The translations under genes were made by a program, and so were the position numbers. From Candidatus Eiseniibacteriota bacterium (lineage in GTDB: Bacteria; Eisenbacteria; RBG-16-71-46; CAVPCR01): a DNA stretch of 64,000 bases. Of this stretch, positions 16,635 through 25,931 are shown one piece after another. The notes below the pieces were generated by a model. That model saw only the letters and a list, made by a program, of their open reading frames with translations. It was not told the DNA's origin and did no database searches. Position 1 is the first letter of the stretch. Every line of letters starts with the position of its first letter. The DNA lies in NCBI GenBank assembly GCA_963823555.1, contig CAWGMA010000003.1, positions 512,001 through 576,000 on the forward strand, given 5' to 3'.

Positions 16635-18862
16635 CGCACCTCGCCGCTGACGCCGAGGTGATCGAGCCCGACGATCGATTGGTCGGAGTTGTTCTGGGCC
16701 CAGAAGATGAGGGTGAAGCGGTTGGTTCCGCCGACGATCGGGGTCAGGTCGTGGACGTCACCGAGCCGGTCGAGGGCGACGCCCTCGAGAATCGGGCGGA
16801 GCCTGTCGCCGACCATGACCTCGACCTTGGTCGAGGTGCCGCGGAGCACGAGATCGTGCAGCTCGACGCGAGCGAACTTCCGGCCCGCGGCCGCAGTGAA
16901 GGTGTAGGCGACGCGGCCGTTCTTGCCAGGGTTGAGCGATAGCCCGTAGGTGCCCGGATAGAAACCCTCGATCTGATCGGCGTCGCGGCGCGAGAAACCG
17001 CCACGGGCGAGATCATCCTCGTAATCGAAAGCGCCGGAGATCGGGGCCTTGAGCCCGGCTGCAGCGAGCTCGTCGGCTTGCTGCTGCATGTCGCTCGCCG
17101 CATTGGCGCCGATGGCGCCCTGCTTGCCGAGCTGGGTCGTGAGCGCCAGCGCTTCATCCAGCTTCGCCTGCGCCGCGGCCTGTTCGGCGTCGGCTCCCGA
17201 GCGCTTGTAGCGGTCCACGGCCACCATCGCCTCGACCTGGAGCTGGGCGGCCTCGAGCAACCTGGCCTCGCGCTCGATGCGCGCCCGGTAGGGCGCACCG
17301 GAGCCTGCGGCCAGTTGATCCAGGCGCTTGACGGCCGCCGCCAGTTCATCCACCGAGTAGAGCTCGTTGGCGCTGCGGCTGTCTCCTGCCACCATGCGGT
17401 CAGGTGGAATGGTCTCCACGGTGCGCTTGAGTCCGGCCATGGCGGCGAGCACATCCGGTGCCTTGGGGCCAAAGCGAGCCCCGGCGAGATCAGCCAGGAT
17501 CGTCTCGGCGTCCGCTGCCGGGTTCCACTGCAGCTCGAGATCGACGGCCATCAACAGGTCGCTCATGAAGCCGCGGTAGAGGTATTCGCGCGACATACCT
17601 TGGGCCCCGAGGTCGCGGTAGGCGCGCAGATTGATGCTGAGCACCTTGAAAGTGAGGTCGGGCACAGGCCACAGGCAGGCGTAATCGCGGGCCATGATCT
17701 GGCGGGAGATGGCCGCCCAGCCCTCGAGATTGCGACGGAACTTCGCATTCGATGAACAGGCGGCATCGGTGATGGCATGCACCTGGCAGACGCTGTACCG
17801 GGCGACCACCGGGACCAGGTTGGCGTTCAGGCGGAGCCCGGTGTCGTAGGGCGGCTCGACGAGCTCGGCGTAAGCGTAGAAGGAGAGGTAGCGGTCCGGG
17901 AACTCCGCCGCGACGCGCCGCGTGACCTCGTTGGCATAGCGAACATAGCGAGTCGCCAGATCGGGGCTATCGCGCTTGCAGCTGGCGCAGGCGCAGAACC
18001 GCCCGCCATCGTTCGGACTCAGGCTGCCCATCTGGAGATCCGGCTCGTGCTTGAACCTCGCGATCCAGTGTTCCGCGGAGAGCTTGACCACATCGGGATT
18101 GGATAGGCACAGCTGCCCATCGGCGACGCGCTTGCCGTTGATCTCGGCGTAGTACTCCGGGTGCTTGGCAAAGAAATCCGCGGCGGGGATCATGTCGGCG
18201 AAGTAATGGCGGATGATGGCATGGATGCCGCCGGAGCGATGCCGGCGGGCGAAGAGGCGGATCGCATCGCGGTCGGCCTTGCTGACTCCGGCCAGCACGT
18301 TCTCGTTGTACCAGGCCTGGCGGAGGGCCAGCGCCGGGTGCTCGACGCGACGGCCGGAGGGAACGAGGATGTCGGCCTGCCTCGGCACCGTGACGCCGTC
18401 CGGCCCGGGGCCGTGCACCCGTACCCCGAGTCCGGCCGAAGCCAGGTCGTAGATGGCGTTGGCCGTGCCCTCCGGAGTGGGGCCGGCGAGAGCCAGGACA
18501 TCGTCCTTGGCCTCGAGGGCGTAGCCATCGAAACCGACCTGGGCTGGATCCAGCTCGAGGCCCGAGGACAGGGCGGCCTTCCCGATGAGCACGGCCGGAC
18601 CGGCGGGCCGGGTGCCGCCCGAGACCAGGGCGGGCTCGTTGCTCGTCGCCTCGCCCAGCCACGACCGGAGGTCCGCGATCGCCTGGGCCAGGGTGGGATC
18701 CTTGGATTCGGCGCCATCGACCACGATGGTCGCGGGGCGGCCGCCCCTGGCGAGCGGAAAATCGGCCAGGGACACCGCGGGAGCCACCACGCCCAGGATC
18801 ACGGCCGTGGTCAAGGCCTGCCCGGCGAGGCACGTGAACGTCAGCAAAGTATTAATTGACAT
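16631..18862 (-). CDS. Secreted DUF4838-like protein (putative carbohydrate-active, N-terminal GH20/GH67-like domain)
   Basis: Signal-peptide-like N-terminus; DGYAL..LALAG..GTANAIY; FFAKHPEYYAEING.R..QLCLSNPDV; SPNDGGRFCAC..C; FYAY; LQWNP. Confidence 0.7.
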   Translation of the reverse strand: MSINTLLTFTCLAGQALTTAVILGVVAPAVSLADFPLARGGRPATIVVDGAESKDPTLAQAIADLRSWLGEATSNEPALVSGGTRPAGPAVLIGKAALSSGLELDPAQVGFDGYALEAKDDVLALAGPTPEGTANAIYDLASAGLGVRVHGPGPDGVTVPRQADILVPSGRRVEHPALALRQAWYNENVLAGVSKADRDAIRLFARRHRSGGIHAIIRHYFADMIPAADFFAKHPEYYAEINGKRVADGQLCLSNPDVVKLSAEHWIARFKHEPDLQMGSLSPNDGGRFCACASCKRDSPDLATRYVRYANEVTRRVAAEFPDRYLSFYAYAELVEPPYDTGLRLNANLVPVVARYSVCQVHAITDAACSSNAKFRRNLEGWAAISRQIMARDYACLWPVPDLTFKVLSINLRAYRDLGAQGMSREYLYRGFMSDLLMAVDLELQWNPAADAETILADLAGARFGPKAPDVLAAMAGLKRTVETIPPDRMVAGDSRSANELYSVDELAAAVKRLDQLAAGSGAPYRARIEREARLLEAAQLQVEAMVAVDRYKRSGADAEQAAAQAKLDEALALTTQLGKQGAIGANAASDMQQQADELAAAGLKAPISGAFDYEDDLARGGFSRRDADQIEGFYPGTYGLSLNPGKNGRVAYTFTAAAGRKFARVELHDLVLRGTSTKVEVMVGDRLRPILEGVALDRLGDVHDLTPIVGGTNRFTLIFWAQNNSDQSIVGLDHLGVSGEVR

Positions 18863-19028
18863 AGTGTTAGAGTCCCTCTTCGATCCGGCGTGGGCTCCCG
18901 ACGAGCCCGATTCTTCGGCCCGCCGTGGCCCGGTGGAGTTGCATGCTGTACCAGCGATGGGTCCAAAGGGCAAGATGATCCCGGGGCAAGGGGTTCCGGG
19001 TTCCGGGCCGCCCCCACCGGGGGCCTCG

Positions 19029-19050
19029 GGCTCAAATGAGCATTTGAGCC
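19029..19050. promoter_or_regulatory. Operator-like palindrome between divergent genes
   Basis: GGCTCAAATG-AG-CATTTGAGCC, perfect 10-bp arms. Confidence 0.45.
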
Positions 19051-19130
19051 TCACATTTTCCCTGGAGATCATCCTAAGAGATTAATTGATAATTGGTTGC
19101 AAGGCTCGATCGGCCTTCAGCCCATGGTCG

Positions 19131-19159
19131 TTGACAAATCTGGCCGCCTTCACTAGTCT
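19131..19159 (+). promoter_or_regulatory. Putative sigma70 promoter of the peptidase gene
   Basis: TTGACA-17 bp-TAGTCT. Confidence 0.55.
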
Positions 19160-19368
19160 AATGTACAAGCCGCCTGTATCGCCGCCGCCCGGCGGAGGGA
19201 GGCTTGCATACCTCTGGAGCTGAAGGGATCCCGGCCTTCTAGCCCTACGGGCCCAGGGCGTTGTTTGCAGCACGAGAACCACCAGCGGACCCGAAAACCA
19301 GGTCCAAGACCAGGCCCGGAAGGTACCGCCACCAACCCACCGAGGAAACTTCCGAGGAGAGTGATTCC

Positions 19369-22326
19369 ATGGCGCTTACCCGACTGAAGACTCTCGCGCT
19401 GACGGGTCTTCTTGCTTTGTGGGCGACGCAAGCCGCCGCTGTCCTGCCGGATAGCGATGCGTCGGTGTTCGAGATCCCGCTGCCGGATGCAGCGATCCTA
19501 CAGTCCCCGGACGACGTGCCGGGAGCGGTCGAGGCGGCTCGCCAGATGACTGCACGCTACGGTGGCGACTGGAAAGTCGCATTGTGGCATCCGGTATCGC
19601 GCACGCCCCTGGCGATGTTCGGTTCGGGTGTGCAGGTGGCCGATGGCGCCTTGACGACCGATCAAGCGGCGGAGCGTTCGGCGACGAGCTTCCTCCAGGC
19701 GAACGCGGATCTGGTGGGGGCGAGCGCGAGCGACCTGGAACTGGAGGTGGTGGCGCGGGGCGCGGGCCAGGTTGGGGTGCACTACGGGCAGATGTACCAC
19801 GGAATCCCCGTGATCGGGGGCCGGGTGCGGGCGGTGTTCCTGGAGGACGGCCGACTCATCCATCTGGGGTCGACTTTCTACGGGGAAGTGGCGGTGAATC
19901 CGGTGCCGGCGCTGAGCGCGGCGGTGGCCGAGGGGATCGCCCGGGCGAACCTGCCCTTCAACCCGGCGACGGACAAGTTGCTCGGGGAGACGGCCCTCAT
20001 GGTGCTGCCTGTGCCCGAGGCGGGCGGCGGCGCGGAGTATCACCTGGTGTGGCGGGTGCAGGTTGGTCTGTCGGAGCCGTACGCGGTGTACGTGACGCAC
20101 GTGGACGCCCACTCGGGTGAGATCATCTGGCGGTACAACGATGTGCACAGCCTGTACTCGGGTCATGTCCAGGGCTCGGTGGACCAGTCGGGCTACTGCG
20201 ACGGCGAGCAGACGGTGCCGCTGCGCAACATGAACGTGACGGTGACGGGCGCGGGCACCGTGATCACGGACATCAATGGCGACTTCTCGATCAACGCGAC
20301 AGGTGGCGCCCGCGCCATCTCCGCGCAGTTCTTGGGTCCGCGGGTGAACGTGAACGACACCCAGTACGGGGACTCGATGTACAACGGGACGATCCAGGAG
20401 AACGTGCCGCTCACGATCAACTGGACTGACGCCTCGCCGTCGCGGCGTGCGGAGCGGGACTGCTTCTTCTGGGTCAACGCGACCAACGAGTACGTCCGCG
20501 CCATCGACTCGGGGTGGTCGATCCCGTCGCACAACGCCAACGTGAACGTCAACTCGACCTGCAACGCCAACTGGAGCACCTGGACCATGAACTTCTTCCG
20601 GGAGGGCGGCGGTTGCGCCAACACCGGAGTCATCGGCGACGTCATGGCCCACGAGTTCGGGCACGGCATCCAGTACACGCTGCTCAACTCGCAGGGCAAT
20701 GAGGGCCTCGGCGAGGGGAACGGCGACATCGCGGCGAGCTTCATGAGCGACGACTCGGTGATCGGCCGTGGCTTCTACCTCAACAACTGCACGAGCGGGA
20801 TCCGCGACTGCCGGAACACGCTGCGCTATCCGGGCGACGTGGTCGGGCAGCAGATCCACAACGCCGGGCGCGTGATGTGCGGCTTCAACTGGGATCTGCG
20901 CCAGCTGCTCGAGGCGCGCGACGGCGCGGCTCAGGGCAAGGCCTACACGGCCGATCTGTGGCACTTTGCGCGCAAGGTCTACCGGCCCTTCTTCCAGCCC
21001 GATCAGGTGCTGGCCTACTTCCAGATCGACGACTCGCCGACCTACGGCACGGGCAACGGCAACCTCGGCGACGGCACGCCCAACTACGAGGAGATCTGCG
21101 AGGCGGCCATGAACCACGGGTTCTCCTGCCCGGCGATCACCGAGGGTGTGACCATCGTCCATACCCCGCTCGGCGATACGCCGAACCCGGGTCCGTTCGC
21201 GGTCACGGCGACGATCTCGGCCTTCGGTCCGAACCCGCTCAACACGAGCTCGGCGCGGCTGTTCTACGCGGTCAACGGTGGAGCGTTCACCGATGTGGCG
21301 ATGAACAACACCGGGGGCTCGACCTTCGAGGGTCAGATCCCGAGCCAGCCGGCGGGGAGCGCGGTCGCCTACTACATGACGGCCGAGACCACGGTCGGCG
21401 TGCAGGGCTGGGCGCCGCCGGATGCACCCGAGGAGTACTACCTCTTCGGATCCGGCAACTTCACGGTCAACCTGGACGACGACATCGAGATCGATCGCGG
21501 CTGGGCGATGACCGAGCCGGGGACCGATGGCACGTGGGAGCGTGGGGATCCGGTCGGCACCGTGGCCGGTTCGATTCCGGTGCAGCCGGAAGACGACCAC
21601 ACCCCGGCGCCGGGGACGATCTGCTGGGTGACGGGCAACCCGCCGCCGGGATCGTTCTTCTTCGTCGAGGAGGTGGACGGCCGGACCTCGATCGTGAGCC
21701 CGCTCATGGACATGGCGGGGGCGACGATGGCGCGCGGCACGGTGTGGCTGTGGGGCTATTTCTCCGTGGGCAACACCGAGGACTACCTCGAGCTGTCGGC
21801 GTCGTCCGACGGCGGCGCGACCTGGACGCGAGTCGTGCGGGTGATGGACAACGGGCTGAATGCGTGGAACGAGTACGAGTTCACGCTGGATCCGTTCGCG
21901 TTCAACTTCACCTCGCAGATGCGGTTCAAGGTGACGGCGGAGGACGTGGGTCAGGACACCATCATGGACTGCGCGATGGATGATTTCCTGGTGCGGTCTT
22001 TGGTGGGCGGATCTGCGGCGGTGGAGGGTCCGGCGAGCGTGCGGCCGGTGAGCTACACGCTGCATCCGAGCCAGCCCAACCCGTTCAATCCGCGCACCGA
22101 GATCCGTTACGAGCTGCCGCAGGACGAGGCGGTGAAGATCGCGGTGTACGACGTCTCGGGGCGTGAGCTCAAGGTGCTGGTGGATGAAGCCAGGACGGCG
22201 GGTATCCACTCGGTCACCTGGGACGGCACCGACGCCGATGGTCGGGCGTTGGCCTCGGGGGTCTACTTCTACCGGCTCACCGCCGGCCAGTTCGAGCAGA
22301 CCCGGCGCATGACCCTCATCAAGTAG
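19369..22326 (+). CDS. Secreted zinc metallopeptidase (M4/M36-like: propeptide, HEXXH) with FlgD-Ig/T9SS-like C-terminal domain
   Basis: Signal peptide MALTRLKTLALTGLLALWATQAAA; FTP/PepSY-like propeptide (QMYHGIPVIG, VDAHSGEII); DVMAHEFGHG; GLGEGNGD; PNPFNP..SGVYFYRL C-terminus. Confidence 0.8.
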   Translation: MALTRLKTLALTGLLALWATQAAAVLPDSDASVFEIPLPDAAILQSPDDVPGAVEAARQMTARYGGDWKVALWHPVSRTPLAMFGSGVQVADGALTTDQAAERSATSFLQANADLVGASASDLELEVVARGAGQVGVHYGQMYHGIPVIGGRVRAVFLEDGRLIHLGSTFYGEVAVNPVPALSAAVAEGIARANLPFNPATDKLLGETALMVLPVPEAGGGAEYHLVWRVQVGLSEPYAVYVTHVDAHSGEIIWRYNDVHSLYSGHVQGSVDQSGYCDGEQTVPLRNMNVTVTGAGTVITDINGDFSINATGGARAISAQFLGPRVNVNDTQYGDSMYNGTIQENVPLTINWTDASPSRRAERDCFFWVNATNEYVRAIDSGWSIPSHNANVNVNSTCNANWSTWTMNFFREGGGCANTGVIGDVMAHEFGHGIQYTLLNSQGNEGLGEGNGDIAASFMSDDSVIGRGFYLNNCTSGIRDCRNTLRYPGDVVGQQIHNAGRVMCGFNWDLRQLLEARDGAAQGKAYTADLWHFARKVYRPFFQPDQVLAYFQIDDSPTYGTGNGNLGDGTPNYEEICEAAMNHGFSCPAITEGVTIVHTPLGDTPNPGPFAVTATISAFGPNPLNTSSARLFYAVNGGAFTDVAMNNTGGSTFEGQIPSQPAGSAVAYYMTAETTVGVQGWAPPDAPEEYYLFGSGNFTVNLDDDIEIDRGWAMTEPGTDGTWERGDPVGTVAGSIPVQPEDDHTPAPGTICWVTGNPPPGSFFFVEEVDGRTSIVSPLMDMAGATMARGTVWLWGYFSVGNTEDYLELSASSDGGATWTRVVRVMDNGLNAWNEYEFTLDPFAFNFTSQMRFKVTAEDVGQDTIMDCAMDDFLVRSLVGGSAAVEGPASVRPVSYTLHPSQPNPFNPRTEIRYELPQDEAVKIAVYDVSGRELKVLVDEARTAGIHSVTWDGTDADGRALASGVYFYRLTAGQFEQTRRMTLIK

Positions 22327-22346
22327 TCGAGGGAAATCGCGGAAAA

Positions 22347-22413
22347 CGGCGCCGCCGAGAGGCGGCGCCGCGAAGCGGAAGGGGGGCGTCTCGGAAGCGA
22401 GACGCCCCCTTTT
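22347..22413 (+). terminator. GAGA-tetraloop hairpin followed by an intrinsic terminator
   Basis: CGGCGCCGCC-GAGA-GGCGGCGCCG; GGGGGCGTCTCG-GAAG-CGAGACGCCCCC-TTTT. Confidence 0.75.
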
Positions 22414-22588
22414 GTCTGGGCCGGGCGTCAAGCCCGCGTGCGCTCTGCCGGCGGCGGCGCTTGTTGGATGGCTTTCCCTTCGACTACCATGCTCCGTGTC
22501 CGATACCGGGGATGTGGGATCCACCGCCCCCTGATCGCTCTTCCGTCGGTGCCCCTTTGACCGCCGCTACCATCGAAGGAGGAAAACG

Positions 22589-23737
22589 TTGAATATCCTC
22601 GTCCTTCTGGGGGGCAGTTCAGCCGAGCGCGAGATCAGCTGGAAGACCGGGATGGGGATCGTCGCGGCTCTCGGCCGCCGTGGTCATCGAGTGGTCGCCG
22701 GGGATCCGGCCACCGGGCGCCTGGTCGCGGACGACGGAGCGGGCGGAGGCACGCCGGCCGCCGCGGAGGCCCGCGTCGCCAGGGGGCAGGGAGGGGAGCT
22801 GCTCCTCGCCGAGCATGTGCGGGCCCTCGTCACCGGAGGCAAGGAGTCCGCCGGGTATGACGTGGTCTTTCTCGCCCTCCATGGTGGGGCCGGCGAGGAC
22901 GGCACGGTGCAGACCCTCCTCGATCTGGCCCGCGTGCCCTACACGGGATCGGGACCGCTGGCCTCTGCGCTCGCCATGGACAAGGTGATGGCCAAGCGTC
23001 TCTTCGTATGGGCGGGAGTCCCGACTCCTGACTGGGTGGAGCTGACCCTCGAGGAAGCCCGGGCCATGGTCCGCGCGGCCACCGGGGGCGAGGAGGGAAG
23101 GCCGATCGCCGCGCCGCGCCGGCTCGCCGGACTCGGCGGCCTCCCGGTCGTCGTCAAGCCCGTGGACCAGGGATCGACGCTCGGGCTCACGATCGTCAGC
23201 GCCTGGAACGATCTGCCCGCCGCCATCGAGACCGCGGCTCGCTACGGGGGCCGGATTCTCTGCGAGCGCTTCATCCCCGGTCGCGAGCTCGCGGTGGGTG
23301 TCCTCGGTGACGAGGCACTGCCCATTGTCGAGATCGAGCCGACCAAGGGCATCTATGACTACGAATGCAAGTACACGAAGGGGATGAGCCGTTATACGTG
23401 CCCCGCCGAGCTCAGCGAGGACCAGGCTCGGGCCGCCCAGCTCGCGGCAGTACATGCCTTCCGGGCTCTGGCCTGCTCCGACTTCGGGCGGGTCGACATC
23501 CGGCTCTCGCCGGAGGGGCGACCCTATGTGCTCGAGGTGAACACGATTCCCGGCATGACCGAGACCAGCCTCCTGCCCATGGCGGCGAGCGCGGCCGGAA
23601 TGTCCTACGAGGAGCTGGTGGAGCGCATGTGCGAGCTGGCGCTGAGCCGGGGGCGGGGCGATGCGGCCAAGCTGGACGGGACGGCCGGCCCCCGGACCGG
23701 CGATACTCATCCGCAGGCGCGGGTCGCCGCCGGCTAG
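22589..23737 (+). CDS. ddl: D-alanine--D-alanine ligase
   Basis: GGSSAEREIS, LHGGAGEDG, YTGSG, MDK, YDYECKY, EVNTIPGMT; TTG start after GGAGG. Confidence 0.95.
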   Translation: MNILVLLGGSSAEREISWKTGMGIVAALGRRGHRVVAGDPATGRLVADDGAGGGTPAAAEARVARGQGGELLLAEHVRALVTGGKESAGYDVVFLALHGGAGEDGTVQTLLDLARVPYTGSGPLASALAMDKVMAKRLFVWAGVPTPDWVELTLEEARAMVRAATGGEEGRPIAAPRRLAGLGGLPVVVKPVDQGSTLGLTIVSAWNDLPAAIETAARYGGRILCERFIPGRELAVGVLGDEALPIVEIEPTKGIYDYECKYTKGMSRYTCPAELSEDQARAAQLAAVHAFRALACSDFGRVDIRLSPEGRPYVLEVNTIPGMTETSLLPMAASAAGMSYEELVERMCELALSRGRGDAAKLDGTAGPRTGDTHPQARVAAG

Positions 23738-23766
23738 ATCGAGAGATCGATAGCAGGAGGGGGAGA

Positions 23767-25179
23767 TTGACACTCCGAATCCACGACAATCTGAGCCGCA
23801 CCCTGAACGAGTTCGTTCCCGTGCATCCTGGCCGGGTCGGGATCTACGTCTGCGGCATGACGGTGCAGGGGCCGCCGCACGTCGGTCACCTGCGTGCGGC
23901 GGTTTTCGGGGACGTCGTTCGGCGCTATCTCGAACACCGTGGCTACGAGGTGACGCTCGTTCACAACTTCACGGACGTGGACGACAAGATCATCGAGAAG
24001 GCGGCAGAGGAAGGTGTCGACTATCGGGTGATCGCCGAGCGCAACATGGCGGCCTATAGCGCGGCGATCGAGCGCATGAACGTCCTGCCTCCGAGTCTCG
24101 CTCCCAAGGCCAGCGAGCACATCGAGGACATCGTCGAGCTCATCGCCACCCTCGTCGCCAAGGGACATGCCTACGCCGCGGGCGGTGACGTCTACTTCTC
24201 GGTGTCGAGCTACCCAGCCTATGGGCAGCTGTCCGGCCGTCGCGTCGAGGATCTCATCGCCGGAGCGCGGATCGAGGTCGGGGAAGCCAAGCGGGCTCCC
24301 GCCGACTTCGCGCTGTGGAAAGGTGCCAAGCCGGGCGAGCCTTCATGGCCGAGCCCGTGGGGACCGGGGCGACCAGGCTGGCACATCGAGTGCTCGGCGA
24401 TGGCCATGCGCTACCTGGGGCCGGTCCTGGATCTGCACGGCGGAGGCATGGACCTCGTATTCCCCCACCACGAGAACGAGCTCGCGCAATCGGAAGCCGC
24501 TACGGGACAGCCCTTTGTGCGCCACTGGATCCAGCACGGGCTCGTGAACCTCGCCGGGGAGAAGATGTCCAAGTCGACGCAGCACTTCTTCCTGGCCGAG
24601 GACGTGTTCCGCGACGTGGACCCCGCCGTTGTCCGCTACTACCTCATGACCACGCACTACCGGAGCCCGATCGAGTTTTCCCCCGAGCGCCTGCGTGAGG
24701 CCGAGGTGGCTCTGCGCAAGCTCAAGAACTTCGTCGTTGATGCCGAGTTCGCCGCCGGCGAGGTCGGGACCGGCGCCGGCGAGCACCCCGCAGCGGAGCG
24801 TCTGATCGCGGCGGCGAACGAGGAGTTCACCGCCGCCATGGACGACGATCTCAACACCGCCCGGGCCCTGGCGGCGATCTTCGAGCTGGTGCGCGAGATG
24901 GGCCGGCTCCGGAGCGAGGATGGGGAGAGCGGGCCGGCCTTCGCTGCGTCGATGGCGCAGGCCGGTGACGCCGTGGTCCGCCTCGGGCGCCTCCTGGGCA
25001 TGCAGCTCAAGGGGGCCGAGGTGGAGGTCCCGGCCCGGGCCGAGGCGCTGAGGATCGAGCGTGACCAGGCGCGGGCCGCCCGCGCCTGGGACCGAGCCGA
25101 CGCCATCCGGGCCGAGCTCGCGGGTCTGGGCTATGCGGTGGAGGACCACCCGGCGGGAAGCCGGCTCAAGAGGCTGTAG
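23767..25179 (+). CDS. cysS: Cysteine--tRNA ligase
   Basis: YVCGMTV..HVGH, GRPGWHIECSAM, HHENE, KMSKS; TTG start after AGGAGG. Confidence 0.96.
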   Translation: MTLRIHDNLSRTLNEFVPVHPGRVGIYVCGMTVQGPPHVGHLRAAVFGDVVRRYLEHRGYEVTLVHNFTDVDDKIIEKAAEEGVDYRVIAERNMAAYSAAIERMNVLPPSLAPKASEHIEDIVELIATLVAKGHAYAAGGDVYFSVSSYPAYGQLSGRRVEDLIAGARIEVGEAKRAPADFALWKGAKPGEPSWPSPWGPGRPGWHIECSAMAMRYLGPVLDLHGGGMDLVFPHHENELAQSEAATGQPFVRHWIQHGLVNLAGEKMSKSTQHFFLAEDVFRDVDPAVVRYYLMTTHYRSPIEFSPERLREAEVALRKLKNFVVDAEFAAGEVGTGAGEHPAAERLIAAANEEFTAAMDDDLNTARALAAIFELVREMGRLRSEDGESGPAFAASMAQAGDAVVRLGRLLGMQLKGAEVEVPARAEALRIERDQARAARAWDRADAIRAELAGLGYAVEDHPAGSRLKRL

Positions 25180-25196
25180 GAGCCCCCGGAAGCGGC

Positions 25197-25232
25197 TTAT
25201 AATCTTATAAATCTATATTAAATAATAATATA
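25197..25232. other. AT-rich islet
   Basis: 34 of 36 bases are A/T in a very GC-rich background. Confidence 0.9.
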
Positions 25233-25318
25233 GTCACTTCAATCGGCTGGATCCGGAGGGTCGGGCTCCGGTATCGAGAGGGGCCTGGGGCTCACGACCG
25301 GGGTTCCGTCGCGGACAC

Positions 25319-25344
25319 GAGCGCCGAGCCCGGGCTCGGCGCTC
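25319..25344. repeat. Perfect 26-bp palindrome
   Basis: GAGCGCCGAGCCC GGGCTCGGCGCTC. Confidence 0.9.
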
Positions 25345-25407
25345 CCTGGAAGAGCCCGAGGCGGGTGGATCTTCCGCCTGGCGCAGGACTGGACCCTGGC
25401 TTTTCCC

Positions 25408-25437
25408 TTGACAGCTATTTCATCACCTAACTAGACT
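25408..25437 (+). promoter_or_regulatory. Putative promoter of the tRNA-tuf operon
   Basis: TTGACA-18 bp-TAGACT followed by a GC-rich discriminator. Confidence 0.6.
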
Positions 25438-25687
25438 CGTCGGGCTTTGCGCAAGCTACGCCCCTGGCGCGAGTTCGGGCGCATGCGGGGGCTGCGTCCG
25501 GCGCGCCGTGCACAAGGTCGGCCACACCTCTCACCAGATCACTCCGATTCGGATTCCGTCGTGCTTGCCGGTCTCCCACGCGCGATGCGGCGAGGTGATC
25601 AGAGCAGCAGTCGGTGAGGTGTCTTGCTTTCCCTCGCGGCGGCGCGATGCTTGGCGTTCGGTGCGGCTCTTGCGACCTGAGGTGCAT

Positions 25688-25763
25688 GCTGGCGTAGCTC
25701 AACTGGTAGAGCTCCTCACTTGTAATGAGGAGGTTATGGGTTCGAGTCCCGTCGCCAGCTCCA
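25688..25763 (+). tRNA. tRNA-Thr(TGT)
   Basis: Cloverleaf GCTGGCG/CGCCAGC, anticodon loop CTTGTAA, TTCGA, CCA end. Confidence 0.97.
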
Positions 25764-25812
25764 TCACTGGGAGGCGGCGCGGCGATCTCGATCGCGGGCG
25801 AACCGTCTCGCT

Positions 25813-25898
25813 GGGGAGGTTCCCGAGCGGTCAAAGGGAACAGACTGTAAATCTGTCGGCGTACGCCTTCGAAGGTTCGAATCCTTCCCTCCCCACCA
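25813..25898 (+). tRNA. tRNA-Tyr(GTA)
   Basis: GGGGAGG/CCTCCCC, loop CTGTAAA, long variable arm, CCA end. Confidence 0.97.
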
Positions 25899-25931
25899 TC
25901 TCGGGATGACGATCGTCGCGAGTTTGAGTGA

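Noticed and set aside
19498..22524. 1008-aa antisense ORF and other long overlapping ORFs (e.g. 6462-8519, 48674-50260, 43171-44496)
   Set aside because: Shadow ORFs of real genes in high-GC DNA; Arg/His/Pro-rich translations with no recognisable motifs.
25200..25230. dif-like (XerCD) site in the AT islet
   Set aside because: Only TCTATA-TTA resembles dif; the XerD arm TTATGTTAAAT is absent.
25180..25440. Replication origin (AT-rich unwinding element)
   Set aside because: I found no cluster of TTATCCACA-like DnaA boxes, and dnaA is not nearby.
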